From Ruminococcus intestinalis (lineage in GTDB: Bacteria; Spirochaetota; Spirochaetia; Sphaerochaetales; Sphaerochaetaceae): DNA of 64,000 bases. The translations under genes were made by a program, and so were the position numbers. The notes beneath the pieces were generated by a model. The model was not told the DNA's origin and made no database searches. It saw nothing but the letters and a program-made list of their open reading frames with translations. The stretch lies in the NCBI GenBank assembly GCA_963648635.1, contig CAVJEL010000001.1, forward strand, positions 4,444 through 68,443. The letters run 5' to 3'. Numbering within the stretch: the stretch's first letter is position 1; each line of letters opens with the position of its first letter. Shown piece after piece: positions 17,996-27,662 of this stretch.

Positions 17996-19663
17996 ATGAA
18001 CAATGTCAATTTCCCGATAGGCGAGTCTGATTTCCGCACAATAAGAGAAGAGGGCCTCTTCTATATAGATAAGAGCGCTCTTATCGAAGATTTGTACAAA
18101 AATAGCGGCACCTGTGCGTTTGCATTCACCCGCCCGCGCCGCTTTGGAAAGACAACGGCAATGAGAATGCTCTACTCTTTCTTCGACATCAGAGAAGACA
18201 GCAAAGCATTATTTGACGGACTTTACATCAGCAGAAACAAAGAGATTTGTGATGCGTGGATGAATAAATTTCCGACTATCTTTATTTCATTTAAAGATAT
18301 TGACGGTCTGGACTTTGAAAGTGCGTTTGATGCTCTAAAAGGCTTAGTCTTTAATCTTTGCTATAAGTATGAATTTCTTCTTTCCAGTGATAGGGTGAGT
18401 GAATCTCTCAAGGAAAAATTTACCAGCACATATAGAGGAAAGCCGACAAAGACAGAAATTAAGGGTTCATTGTCTCTTTTAATGGATATGCTCTATGCAC
18501 ATTATGGTAGGAATGTAATTCTTCTTATAGATGAGTATGATGTTCCGATGGCAAAGGCAAGCGAGAATGGGTATTACCGTGAAATGCTTGATATGATGAA
18601 GGGAATACTCAGCGTACTTAAAGGCAACAAAACATTGGAGTTCGGGGTAGTCACCGGCTGCCTCAGAATAGCAAAGGAAAGCATCTTCACAGGGCTTAAC
18701 AATCTATATTCGAATACTATCATGGATGAAGCATTCAGTACTTATTTCGGCTTTACATCACTTGAAGTTGAAAACGCATTCAAGGAGCTTGGAGTAGAGG
18801 ATAAACTCCCCCTTGCGAAAGGATGGTATGACGGCTATCGTTTCGGCAACAGTGAAATCTATTCTCCCTGGGACGTAATCTCGTACCTCAATGACCTGAA
18901 GAATAACAGCTCAGCCAAACCGAAGAACTATTGGGCGAATACAAGCGGGAATACAATAATCGAGACCTTTATAAAATCAGGTAGGCAGGATATGTTTGAC
19001 TCTCTTGATGCTCTATTGAATGGGGAGTTCATCATAAGGAGTATAGACGAAAACATTACATATGATTATTTGTATGCTACAGATAACAATTTGTGGAGTG
19101 TCCTCCTGATGACAGGGTACCTGACGACAGGTAACAGCGAGGATGTAGGACTGGAACTGGAAAAAGATGAAAAAGCTCTCAGAATTCCCAATAAGGAAGT
19201 AAGAGACATCTTTTCAAAGAGTATAGTCAATTGGGTGAGGAGTGTTACGACGACAGCAAATCTCAACTCTCTATCCGATGCTCTCTGGAAAGGGGACAGT
19301 GAGAAAATCGCGCGAGATATGACAACAATCATTAACAAAACGCTCTCATATAATGATATCTGGCATGAGTATGCATACCACCTTTTCTTCAACGGGCTTT
19401 TTACGGGTATCGGGTACAAAATAGATTCGAACAAGGAATATGGTATGGGCAAACCTGACATTGTTGTTCTCGACTTCACGAAAAAGAGAGCCTCAGTCTT
19501 CGAGCTGAAGGGTGAGAATGAGACAATCAATGATGCGACTGCCCAGATTGAGAGGAAGAGGTACATCGACGGCCTTGACGGCTACGGTCTCATAATCACA
19601 TATGGTGTGAAATTTACAGGTAAAAGTGCCGAGGTTGTGCTTAAGGACAGGATTGAATGCTGA
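17996..19663 (+). CDS. AAA-ATPase-like (PF09820-type) protein with C-terminal PD-(D/E)XK nuclease-like domain
   Basis: 555 aa. N-terminus FPIGESDFRTIREEGLFYIDKS...FTRPRRFGKTT is the hallmark of the predicted AAA-ATPase family. The C-terminus GKPDIVVLD...SVFELK fits a PD-(D/E)XK motif. Confidence 0.8.
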   Translation: MNNVNFPIGESDFRTIREEGLFYIDKSALIEDLYKNSGTCAFAFTRPRRFGKTTAMRMLYSFFDIREDSKALFDGLYISRNKEICDAWMNKFPTIFISFKDIDGLDFESAFDALKGLVFNLCYKYEFLLSSDRVSESLKEKFTSTYRGKPTKTEIKGSLSLLMDMLYAHYGRNVILLIDEYDVPMAKASENGYYREMLDMMKGILSVLKGNKTLEFGVVTGCLRIAKESIFTGLNNLYSNTIMDEAFSTYFGFTSLEVENAFKELGVEDKLPLAKGWYDGYRFGNSEIYSPWDVISYLNDLKNNSSAKPKNYWANTSGNTIIETFIKSGRQDMFDSLDALLNGEFIIRSIDENITYDYLYATDNNLWSVLLMTGYLTTGNSEDVGLELEKDEKALRIPNKEVRDIFSKSIVNWVRSVTTTANLNSLSDALWKGDSEKIARDMTTIINKTLSYNDIWHEYAYHLFFNGLFTGIGYKIDSNKEYGMGKPDIVVLDFTKKRASVFELKGENETINDATAQIERKRYIDGLDGYGLIITYGVKFTGKSAEVVLKDRIEC

Positions 19664-19669
19664 ATATAG

Positions 19670-19705
19670 AGGCCCCGGGAAGAGATTCTCAGGGCCTTTC
19701 TGTTT
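19670..19705. terminator. Hairpin terminator between convergent genes
   Basis: AGGCCC-N16-GGGCCT followed by TTCTGTTTTTA. Confidence 0.45.
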
Positions 19706-21142
19706 TTATTCTTGCATCTTTGATTCCAGTACCAGCTCAGCCTTAAGGTCTTTGAGCTTTCCTGTCAGCGACACTTTGTAGATGTGCGGGTTAATCTGGC
19801 GCTTGTAGCTCTTGTCGAAATGGGAAAGGTTTTCCTTTACCCTGTCCTGAAGTTCCTTGAGCGTCGGCTCAGCGTTTATCCTCTTACCTTTCTCCATCTG
19901 CTTTGTCAGCATAGGTCTTACGAGGGCGTAGTTGTTCTTCCTCATGATAAACATGTCTCCGGTGGAGAAGGGGTGGTAGAAGATATGGTTGACACCGCTG
20001 TCGATTTTCTCGTCGCAGAGTGCAATCAAATCGGCCAATGCCTGGTTGTTCTTATCGTAGAAGCGGTAAACCTGCTTTATTCCGGGGTTTGTGGTTTTCT
20101 CGAATGATGATGATATCTTCAAGGTCGGTATGAACTCGCCGTTCTCTTCCTTTGCAGATAGTTTGTACACTCCTCCGAGCGCTGCCTGGGTTCCGCCAGT
20201 CACAAGGTGGGTTCCTATTCCCCAGCTGTCAATTGGAGCTCCATCGTTTACGAGGTTGAGGATGATTTCTTCCGTTACGTCGTTAGATATACAGATAGTT
20301 GCATCCTCGAGCCCTGCTGCATCAAGCTTTTCCCTCACTGCCTTTGTTAGGTAGCTGAGGTCTCCGCTGTCGATTCTGACTCCGATTCTGAGTCCTTTCT
20401 CCTTCTGCTCGAGGCCCACCTTTATTGCTGCCTCGATACCTGAATTAAGGGTGTCGTATGTGTCGATAAGAAGGATGCAGTTATCAGGATAGAGGTCGGC
20501 AAAGCGCCTGAAAGCCTCGTATTCGTTATCGAAGAGCATAACCCATGAGTGTGCCATCGTCCCTGCCACTGGGATTTTATATATACGCCCGGCATAGGTG
20601 TTGCTTGTCACATCACATCCTCCGATGAAGCATGCGCGGGAAGCACTGAGAGCACCGTCGACGCCTTGTGCACGCCTTAGTCCGAATTCCATGATTGAAC
20701 CCTTACCTTTGGTTGCAACCTTCATTCTTGCGGCCTTTGTGGCAATGAGCGTCTGGAAGTTGACTGTATTGAGGAGGAATGACTCGATGAGCTGAGCCTC
20801 AATCATTGTCGTCTCAACCCTAATAAGAGGTTCTCCTGGGAACGCCACACTTCCTTCCTCCATTGCCCAGATATCTCCCGAGAAGGAGTAGGATGAGAGG
20901 TAGTCGAGAAATGAAGGGTCGAACTTACCCAGTGACCTGAGGTACTCGATGTCTTCCTCTGAGAACTTGAAGTTTTCGAGTTCGTTTATAAGATGCTCCA
21001 GTCCCGTGAAGATTGTGTATCCACCGTGGAATGGGTTTGTTCTGTAGAACATGTCGAATACGACACGGGGATTCTTCTTTTCAAGGAAGAAGCCCTGCAT
21101 CATGTTCAATTCATAGAAATCTGTTATAAGTGCACTTGTCAT
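19706..21142 (-). CDS. pncB: Nicotinate phosphoribosyltransferase
   Basis: 478 aa. N-terminus LITDFYELNMMQGFF and the core FGLRRAQG match the NAPRTase family. Confidence 0.9.
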   Translation of the reverse strand: MTSALITDFYELNMMQGFFLEKKNPRVVFDMFYRTNPFHGGYTIFTGLEHLINELENFKFSEEDIEYLRSLGKFDPSFLDYLSSYSFSGDIWAMEEGSVAFPGEPLIRVETTMIEAQLIESFLLNTVNFQTLIATKAARMKVATKGKGSIMEFGLRRAQGVDGALSASRACFIGGCDVTSNTYAGRIYKIPVAGTMAHSWVMLFDNEYEAFRRFADLYPDNCILLIDTYDTLNSGIEAAIKVGLEQKEKGLRIGVRIDSGDLSYLTKAVREKLDAAGLEDATICISNDVTEEIILNLVNDGAPIDSWGIGTHLVTGGTQAALGGVYKLSAKEENGEFIPTLKISSSFEKTTNPGIKQVYRFYDKNNQALADLIALCDEKIDSGVNHIFYHPFSTGDMFIMRKNNYALVRPMLTKQMEKGKRINAEPTLKELQDRVKENLSHFDKSYKRQINPHIYKVSLTGKLKDLKAELVLESKMQE

Positions 21143-21144
21143 AT

Positions 21145-22419
21145 TTATTTTGTAATCTTGTCAAAGCCTGTATACGGAACAAGGGCTGGAGGAACAGTTA
21201 CGGATCCGTCTTCATTCTGGTAGTTCTCAAGTACTGCAACCATTGCTCTCGAGAGTGCGACAGCTGTTCCATTGAGCATATGTACAAACTTAATCTTGCC
21301 GTCGTCATCGCGGTAACGGATGTTTAAAGAGCGTGCCTGATAGTCAGTGCAGTTACTTGTACTTGTTACTTCGCCGTACTCACCTTCGTCTCCTCTTCCT
21401 GGCATCCATGCCTCTATGTCGAACTTGCGGTATGCCGGAGCTCCGAGGTCTCCTGTTGCCGTGTCTACGATGCGGTATGGTAGTCCGAGGCCGGAGAATA
21501 TCTCCTCTTCAATCGAGAGAATCTCCTGGTGGAAGGAATCAGATTCCTCGGGTAGACAATAGATGAACATCTCGAGCTTCGAGAACTGGTGTACTCTGTA
21601 GAGGCCCTTTGAATACTGCCCGGCACCACCTGCCTCACGTCTGAAGCAGTGGCTGAGGCCTGTCATTCTAATCGGGAGGTCTTCCTTATTGAGGATTGTG
21701 TCCTTGTAGTAACCGCCGAGTGTTATTTCTGCTGTTCCGACAAGACATGTGTCGGTTCCTTCGATTGTGTATATGTTGCTTTCAGCTCCTCTTGGGTTGA
21801 ATCCGATACCGTTAAGAATCTCTTCCTTGGCTACATCAGGCGTAATGAAAGGTGTAAAACCGTGCTTTACTACGATATCCATTGCGTAGCGCTCGAGTGC
21901 CATCTGGAGGATTACAGCCTTGTTCTTTATGTAGTAGAACTTCTGCCCGGCAACCTTAGCGCCCTTATCAAAATCGAGGATATCGAGTTCTTCGCCGAGC
22001 TCGACGTGGTCCTTTGCCTTGAATGAGAATTTTGTCGGCTCTCCGACAAACTTAACGGCAAGGCTGTCCTTGTCTTCCTTGCCGATTGGTGCATCCGGAT
22101 GAGCGTAGTTAGGAATTGTGCGTGCTTCATTCATGAACTTTGCATCGAGTTCGGTAAGCTCAGCTTCCTTGAGCGCGAGTTCATCCTTTATGGCCTTTCC
22201 CTCTGCAATGTATTTTGCTCTTGTCTCATTGTCGAGTTTACCCTTCATCTTCTGGGCTGTCTCGTTTCTCCTGTTACGGAGATTTTCAACTTCAAGAAGG
22301 AGAGCGAGTCTATCGTCCTGATCCTTGATGATTGCATCTAAATCGACGTTCATGTATCTGTTTTCGATGTTCTTTTTGATTTCGTCATGCCTGGTTTTCA
22401 ATTCTTTGATATCTATCAT
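21145..22419 (-). CDS. serS: Serine--tRNA ligase
   Basis: 424 aa with an N-terminal coiled-coil arm and class II motifs (HCFRREAG, GTAVALSR). Confidence 0.95.
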   Translation of the reverse strand: MIDIKELKTRHDEIKKNIENRYMNVDLDAIIKDQDDRLALLLEVENLRNRRNETAQKMKGKLDNETRAKYIAEGKAIKDELALKEAELTELDAKFMNEARTIPNYAHPDAPIGKEDKDSLAVKFVGEPTKFSFKAKDHVELGEELDILDFDKGAKVAGQKFYYIKNKAVILQMALERYAMDIVVKHGFTPFITPDVAKEEILNGIGFNPRGAESNIYTIEGTDTCLVGTAEITLGGYYKDTILNKEDLPIRMTGLSHCFRREAGGAGQYSKGLYRVHQFSKLEMFIYCLPEESDSFHQEILSIEEEIFSGLGLPYRIVDTATGDLGAPAYRKFDIEAWMPGRGDEGEYGEVTSTSNCTDYQARSLNIRYRDDDGKIKFVHMLNGTAVALSRAMVAVLENYQNEDGSVTVPPALVPYTGFDKITK

Positions 22420-22433
22420 TGCTTTCTCCTTAC

Positions 22434-23222
22434 TCAGTTCTTCTTTTCCATTGCCTCAGCCTTACGTGCCGATGCACTTACAGCCTCGATGACGGAATTC
22501 TCGAAGTTGAGTTCCTTCAATTTCTTTACTCCCTCAATGGTTGTACCTTTTGGAGAGCATACCATAATTTCAAGTTCTGTTGCACTCTTATGAGACTCTT
22601 TTTGAAGGGTAATTGCACTCTTGATTGTAGAGAGGACGATTTCTTCGGCCTTTTTGTACCCGATTCCCTCTCTTACCCCGCCGAGTGTGAGGGCGGAAAT
22701 GAATTCATAGATAAAGGCAATTGCCGAGCCCGATATCCCGATGAACGCATTGAAGAGGCTCTCATCAAGGAAGAAGCCATCTCCGAAGGATGATGCGATA
22801 TCGAGTGCGGTCGTTTTTTTCTCTTCGGGTAAATCATCGGTGTATGTGACTGCCGTGACGGACTTACCGACGCTTGCTGCAATATTCGGCATGTAGCGCG
22901 CAATTGATGAAACGCCGAGATTCGACTTGAGAGTCTCGAGACTCACTCCGGCCGCAAGGGAAATAAAGAGGGAGCACTTAATCTTCCTGAGACTGGAGTA
23001 GACAAAAGGAAGTACCTGAGGCTTCACGGCAATGATGACGGTGTCGACCGACGTAATTTCATCCATGCTCTTCACGGCTTTTGCCCCCGTCTCCAAGGCA
23101 AGCTTCTCTGCTTTCTCAAATGTTTTGTTATAAAGGATGATGCTGTAGTCATCCCTCTTCGAGAGTGCTCTTGCTATTGCCCCTCCCATATTTCCAGTTC
23201 CAATGATTGCAATTGTTTTCAC
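22434..23222 (-). CDS. proC: Pyrroline-5-carboxylate reductase
   Basis: 262 aa with Rossmann IAIIGTGNMGGAI and a P5CR C-terminal dimerisation domain (SPKGTTIEG). Confidence 0.9.
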   Translation of the reverse strand: MKTIAIIGTGNMGGAIARALSKRDDYSIILYNKTFEKAEKLALETGAKAVKSMDEITSVDTVIIAVKPQVLPFVYSSLRKIKCSLFISLAAGVSLETLKSNLGVSSIARYMPNIAASVGKSVTAVTYTDDLPEEKKTTALDIASSFGDGFFLDESLFNAFIGISGSAIAFIYEFISALTLGGVREGIGYKKAEEIVLSTIKSAITLQKESHKSATELEIMVCSPKGTTIEGVKKLKELNFENSVIEAVSASARKAEAMEKKN

Positions 23223-23686
23223 TTCAACCCCCTATATCCTCTTTGTCTCAGAACTTCATATAAGGCAACAGCGACACTGTTGGAGAGGTTGAGGCACCTC
23301 TCGTTCTCCCTCATCGGTATTCTGAGCGTTTTATCTCTGAATTGTGATATTATCTCATCTCCCAGTCCTGTCGATTCCTTACCGAATATAAGATAAATAT
23401 CTTTGTCCTCCGGATATGATACATCCGAGAAGCTTTTTTCTCCATGTGCAGAGAAGAAGTAGATTTCGTCATCTAAGTGTTTTGAAATAAACTCATCGAA
23501 GGAATTCTCCTCAATGAGGGAGACATCCTTCCAGTAGTCGAGTCCGCTCCGCCTGACACTCTTTTCGTCGAGAGAAAACCCAAGTGGGTGTACAAGAACA
23601 AGAGTCGACCCGGTTACAACTGCCGTCCTTGCTACATTCCCCGTATTCTGCGGAATCTCAGGCTCTATGAGACATAAATGAATCAT
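23219..23686 (-). CDS. trmL: tRNA (cytidine/uridine-2'-O-)-methyltransferase TrmL (SpoU/TrmH family)
   Basis: 155 aa. LIEPEIPQNTGNVARTA and LNLSNSVAVALYE are SPOUT motifs. Confidence 0.85.
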   Translation of the reverse strand: MIHLCLIEPEIPQNTGNVARTAVVTGSTLVLVHPLGFSLDEKSVRRSGLDYWKDVSLIEENSFDEFISKHLDDEIYFFSAHGEKSFSDVSYPEDKDIYLIFGKESTGLGDEIISQFRDKTLRIPMRENERCLNLSNSVAVALYEVLRQRGYRGLK

Positions 23687-23726
23687 GCTGAAATAATAGC
23701 AAAACGGGAAGGGGAGTACAACAGTC

Positions 23727-24890
23727 TCACTCTTTTCCTTTCGCGAGGGCCGATGCCTTCTGTATGATATTCCCTTCTTTTCGTAGGCTTAGGATTTCCT
23801 TTTCAAGGAGGCGTTTTTTCTCTTCCGTCTCCTTGAAGAATTCCCCTTGCTCGGGTTTATCTGCTTTATAGAGATTGCCGAGCGTCACACCCAGGAGTCT
23901 TACCCCGAGGTTGTTGTATCTGCTCTTGAGCAGTGTAAGTGCTATTTTATAGATGTCGTCGGATGAGTAGATCCCGCTCTCAGGGGTTGAACTTATCGTA
24001 TAGGTTGAAAAGTCCCCGTAGCGAAGTTTGACTGTGACTGTCCTTCCGACCTCGCCCTCGTCGAGCGAGCGGAACATGACACTCTCTGCCATCTCCAGGA
24101 GCTTCTGGGAAAGTGCCTCGATACCATATATATCGGGATAGAAAGTTCGCTCTTCACTGATTGAGTGGCTTTTTGCCTCCCCTGTATAAATTCCGGGGTC
24201 TATTCCTCGTGCCACGGCGTAGAGATACTCTCCACTCGCGAGGCCGAAAAGGGCCTCGAGTTCATCCTTGCTGTATGTTCTTAACGCTTCAGTTGTATAT
24301 ATTCCCTTGCGGTTGAGACTTTCGAGTGTGCTTTTCCCGACGCCCCATAATTTTTTGAGTCCCACGCTGTCGACAAATTCGATTTCACGACCCCTCGGAA
24401 CAATTGTGAGTCCGTCAGGCTTATGGTAGTCGGATGCAAGCTTACTTAAAAAGCGCGAAGGAGCAACCCCGATAGATACCGTGAGTCCCGTCTGGGTGAG
24501 TATTCTCTCCTTAAGTAGCCTCGCAGCCTTTCCAGGAAGAGGGTAGATGCGTTCCGTTCCAGTCAAATCAAGAAAGGCTTCATCTATCGATACCTGAAGA
24601 AAGCCGGGAGCAAAGGACGATATTATCCCCATAACCTCCTTACTTTTCTCGCTGTAGCGTCGGTAGTTGCCGTCCACACATATTGCGTTGGGGCATTTTC
24701 TCAGCGCCACAGTCATGGGCATGGCTGAGTGTACACCATAACGCCTTGCTTCATATGAACAGGTCGAGGCTACATTCCTCGGCCCGGGGTGGCCGATAAT
24801 TAACGGCTTACCACGGTACTCAGGATGGTCAAGGCACTCGACGGAGGCAAAGAAGGCATCGAGATCTATATGAAAGAAAACAGAACCCAT
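23727..24890 (-). CDS. dinB: DNA polymerase IV
   Basis: FFHIDLDAFFASVE and the Y-family core are present. The ORF track begins at a TTG (24926); the ATG at 24890 (MGSVFFHIDLDAFF) matches the usual DinB N-terminus better. Confidence 0.9.
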   Translation of the reverse strand: MGSVFFHIDLDAFFASVECLDHPEYRGKPLIIGHPGPRNVASTCSYEARRYGVHSAMPMTVALRKCPNAICVDGNYRRYSEKSKEVMGIISSFAPGFLQVSIDEAFLDLTGTERIYPLPGKAARLLKERILTQTGLTVSIGVAPSRFLSKLASDYHKPDGLTIVPRGREIEFVDSVGLKKLWGVGKSTLESLNRKGIYTTEALRTYSKDELEALFGLASGEYLYAVARGIDPGIYTGEAKSHSISEERTFYPDIYGIEALSQKLLEMAESVMFRSLDEGEVGRTVTVKLRYGDFSTYTISSTPESGIYSSDDIYKIALTLLKSRYNNLGVRLLGVTLGNLYKADKPEQGEFFKETEEKKRLLEKEILSLRKEGNIIQKASALAKGKE

Positions 24891-24955
24891 GTAGTTATTA
24901 TCATAGGTGAGGATGACAATTTTCAATCACGGTTTTTTCTTATATACTCTTTGTT

Positions 24956-25984
24956 GTGAAACGCACTCTATTATTTTTGACGATATTTATTCTTGCCTTC
25001 TCCCTCTATGCCTCCTCTGACGCACTGGATACCGACACGTCTCTTCTCGGCTTGAAATATTCGGCGCTTGAGAGTGTCTCATATTACGGTGCCTTCTCAA
25101 ATATCTTCGTCAATCCTGCATCACTTCCGCTCCTTAAAGGCAGTAAAGACTACCAGATTTCATACAGCCCCAGTGAAAGTTATAACACCGATTTATTCGG
25201 GAATGAAAAGCTCTCATTCATGCAGAACCTCACAAGTGAACTCCAGGGTACTGTTGTGAGCGGGCCCGTATCATTAAGCGCGAAAATCTCATCCGCACTC
25301 GATAACCGTACTCTCCGGAGTGACGGAGTGTATTACGATATTTACTCTTCTTTCGATATCGAACTCTCGCTTGCTTACTCATTTCTCTCCCATTTCTCCA
25401 TCGGTGCGAGGCTCGGGGGAGGTAATTCGGTTGCCAGGCTTAGTAAGCGCCTTGACGGCATAATCGACACAATCGGTAATGCCTGGTTCAGCCCCTACGA
25501 TCAGCTTTCGAACAGCGAAAGGTTCAACGCTAACCTTGGAGCTCTTGTCTACTCGAATAATTTCTCCATTGGCCTTGTCTTCGACGACCTCTTCTCAGTC
25601 TCTCTCGATAGTTCATTCTTTAATAAGCTCGTTACAAATACGACAGTGGGACTTTCATTTAAGGGCGATGAGTACAATAGTGACGGGGATTTGAAGTATC
25701 TTGTGCCACGTCTTTCCGTAGATTTGAAGGGAATAGGCTTTTCTAGCGGAGAGAGACGCTTGACAGTCCAGGGTGATATCACCCTCCAGTTTCTCAAGGA
25801 TGTCCTTCTTGACGCAGGCGTAAAGTATTCCTACTCAGTCTCATCGACTGATGAAAGCACCAGCAACATCGCCTTCACTCTCCTCGGAACTTACTCCGAT
25901 TTCTCGCTTCTCTTTAATGTAGTCATTCTTAACAATACCGGGGAAACATTGAGGCCAAGTATCGTATTCTCATACTCGACGTAA
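24956..25984 (+). CDS. Putative outer-membrane beta-barrel protein (FadL/PorV/UPF0164-like)
   Basis: GTG start and signal peptide MKRTLLFLTIFILAFSLYASS. It has an NPASL motif, an alternating-hydrophobic beta-strand pattern and an aromatic-rich C-terminus. The family call is from memory only. Confidence 0.45.
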   Translation: MKRTLLFLTIFILAFSLYASSDALDTDTSLLGLKYSALESVSYYGAFSNIFVNPASLPLLKGSKDYQISYSPSESYNTDLFGNEKLSFMQNLTSELQGTVVSGPVSLSAKISSALDNRTLRSDGVYYDIYSSFDIELSLAYSFLSHFSIGARLGGGNSVARLSKRLDGIIDTIGNAWFSPYDQLSNSERFNANLGALVYSNNFSIGLVFDDLFSVSLDSSFFNKLVTNTTVGLSFKGDEYNSDGDLKYLVPRLSVDLKGIGFSSGERRLTVQGDITLQFLKDVLLDAGVKYSYSVSSTDESTSNIAFTLLGTYSDFSLLFNVVILNNTGETLRPSIVFSYST

Positions 25985-26009
25985 AAAAAAGAGGTGTTTT
26001 TGACACCTC
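25983..26009. terminator. Bidirectional hairpin terminator (strong for tRNA-Arg on the minus strand)
   Basis: GAGGTGT-TTTTG-ACACCTC, flanked by A8 on the plus strand, which gives T8 after the hairpin on the minus strand. Confidence 0.65.
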
Positions 26010-26016
26010 GCTTATT

Positions 26017-26090
26017 TACGGCCAGTTAGGCTCGAACTAACTACCTAGTGCTTAGAAGGCACTTGCTCTATCCAGGTGAGCTATGGCCGC
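26017..26090 (-). tRNA. tRNA-Arg (anticodon UCU)
   Basis: Manual cloverleaf: GCGGCCA TA GCTC ACCTGGATA GAGC A AGTGC CTTCTAA GCACT AGGTA GTTAG TTCGAGC CTAAC TGGCCGT A. There is a G1-U72 wobble and no encoded CCA. Confidence 0.9.
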
Positions 26091-26312
26091 ATGAAACTTT
26101 ACTAGAGAAAAATAACTTGAATGAAGGACATTTTCAAGGGGGTTGGAGGGAATTTGTTGAAAATTAAGTTTCTCCCTCCTGCTTTTTCACCTTTTTCTAT
26201 CGTTTATGCCTTTTCCTTTGATGCTTTTATATGAGAGGTGGCCCGATTTTCTTAATATTAAACTTCACTAAAGAGTAGTAAAAAGACTAAACTGAAAAGA
26301 GGAGAAATAAAA

Positions 26313-27662
26313 GTGCAGGGATTCATCTCTTATTTAGATTCAGATATTCTTTCTATTGTAAATTTAATCCTCACGACAGTCGGATTCTGGTTTATCTTCA
26401 AAAAGTTGAAGATTGACTCAAGATGGGCCCTTGTGCCGTTTTATCGCTACTATAAACTTGCGGTGAATGTACACAGGGAAGACCAGGGAAGGGGTATTTT
26501 CATATCAAAGATACTCCTTTTTATATCCCAGTACTCGTATGTGGTGGTGCGTATCATCCAGCATAAGAGTGATGAGGTACTCGATATCTACGGTATTGTA
26601 TATGTGGCTTTGATGCTAACTTTCGGAGTTTCCCAGTTTGTTTACTCCATCAGGGTTTATACAGGAGTCTGCGTAAAATTTGGTCGTCGTAAACTCTGGA
26701 CGCTCCTATGGATTATTGTAGAGCCCGTTCCTGCACTGCTCTGGGGTTTCCTCCCGGCTTTCCAACCTGTTGAAGATATTGACGATACCCTGGAGGGCCT
26801 CGACGGCATATCTTCAATGCCACTCAAGGGAGCTGAAGGTGTACTTGCTGTCCAGATACGTTCACGCACTGTCAAGGAGTTTTTCAAGAAAAAGACACTC
26901 TTGAGGGATATAAACCTTACTATCAAGCCTGGAACGATGGTGTTGCTTCTCGGGGGCTCGGGTGCGGGAAAGACAACCTTTGTCAACGCAATAACAGGAT
27001 ATGAGAAGGCCGATGCAACGGTTACACTCGGAAAGAAAAATATCTATCGTGATTTCAGCTCAATGATGTACGACATAGGTTTTGTCCCCCAGATGGATCT
27101 TATTCGTTATAATGATACAGTCATAAAAACAATAGAGGATGCAGCACTCTTGAAGCTTCCGAAGAGCGTGAACAAGGAGGAGAGGAAGAAGAAAATCGAT
27201 GACACACTCGAAATCTTCGGCCTCAAAGCTGTTCAGAATAACCTTGTGTCGAAACTCTCGGGAGGACAGAAGAAGAGGACGAGCATAGCAACTGAGTTTG
27301 TTGCCGACCCGTCACTTTTCATCCTCGACGAACCCGACTCGGGACTTGACGGCGTTCTTGCCCGCGATTTGATGGAGAGGCTCAGGGCGATATCACGAAA
27401 GGGAAAGATTGTCATCGTCATAACACACTCTCCCGACAGAGTCATAGACCTCTTTGATCAGGTCATCATCCTGGGTAAGGATGAGAATAAGTCAGGTCGC
27501 CTTGTCTTCGCAGGAAGCGTGGAAGATGCTCGCTCGTTCTTCCAGCGTGAAACGATGGAGGACATCATAAAGATGATTAACCGCCGTGACGAGGGTGGAG
27601 AAGGCAGAACCGACGAACTCATCGTGAAGTTCGAGAACGAGAGGAGAAGGCAGAATGCTTAA
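26313..27662 (+). CDS. ABC transporter ATP-binding protein with an N-terminal ~165-aa 4-TM domain
   Basis: GTG start with GAGGAG 8 nt upstream. Four hydrophobic segments precede Walker A GGSGAGKTT, signature LSGGQKKR and Walker B FILDEPDSGLD (ABCG/ABC-2-type NBD). Confidence 0.85.
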   Translation: MQGFISYLDSDILSIVNLILTTVGFWFIFKKLKIDSRWALVPFYRYYKLAVNVHREDQGRGIFISKILLFISQYSYVVVRIIQHKSDEVLDIYGIVYVALMLTFGVSQFVYSIRVYTGVCVKFGRRKLWTLLWIIVEPVPALLWGFLPAFQPVEDIDDTLEGLDGISSMPLKGAEGVLAVQIRSRTVKEFFKKKTLLRDINLTIKPGTMVLLLGGSGAGKTTFVNAITGYEKADATVTLGKKNIYRDFSSMMYDIGFVPQMDLIRYNDTVIKTIEDAALLKLPKSVNKEERKKKIDDTLEIFGLKAVQNNLVSKLSGGQKKRTSIATEFVADPSLFILDEPDSGLDGVLARDLMERLRAISRKGKIVIVITHSPDRVIDLFDQVIILGKDENKSGRLVFAGSVEDARSFFQRETMEDIIKMINRRDEGGEGRTDELIVKFENERRRQNA

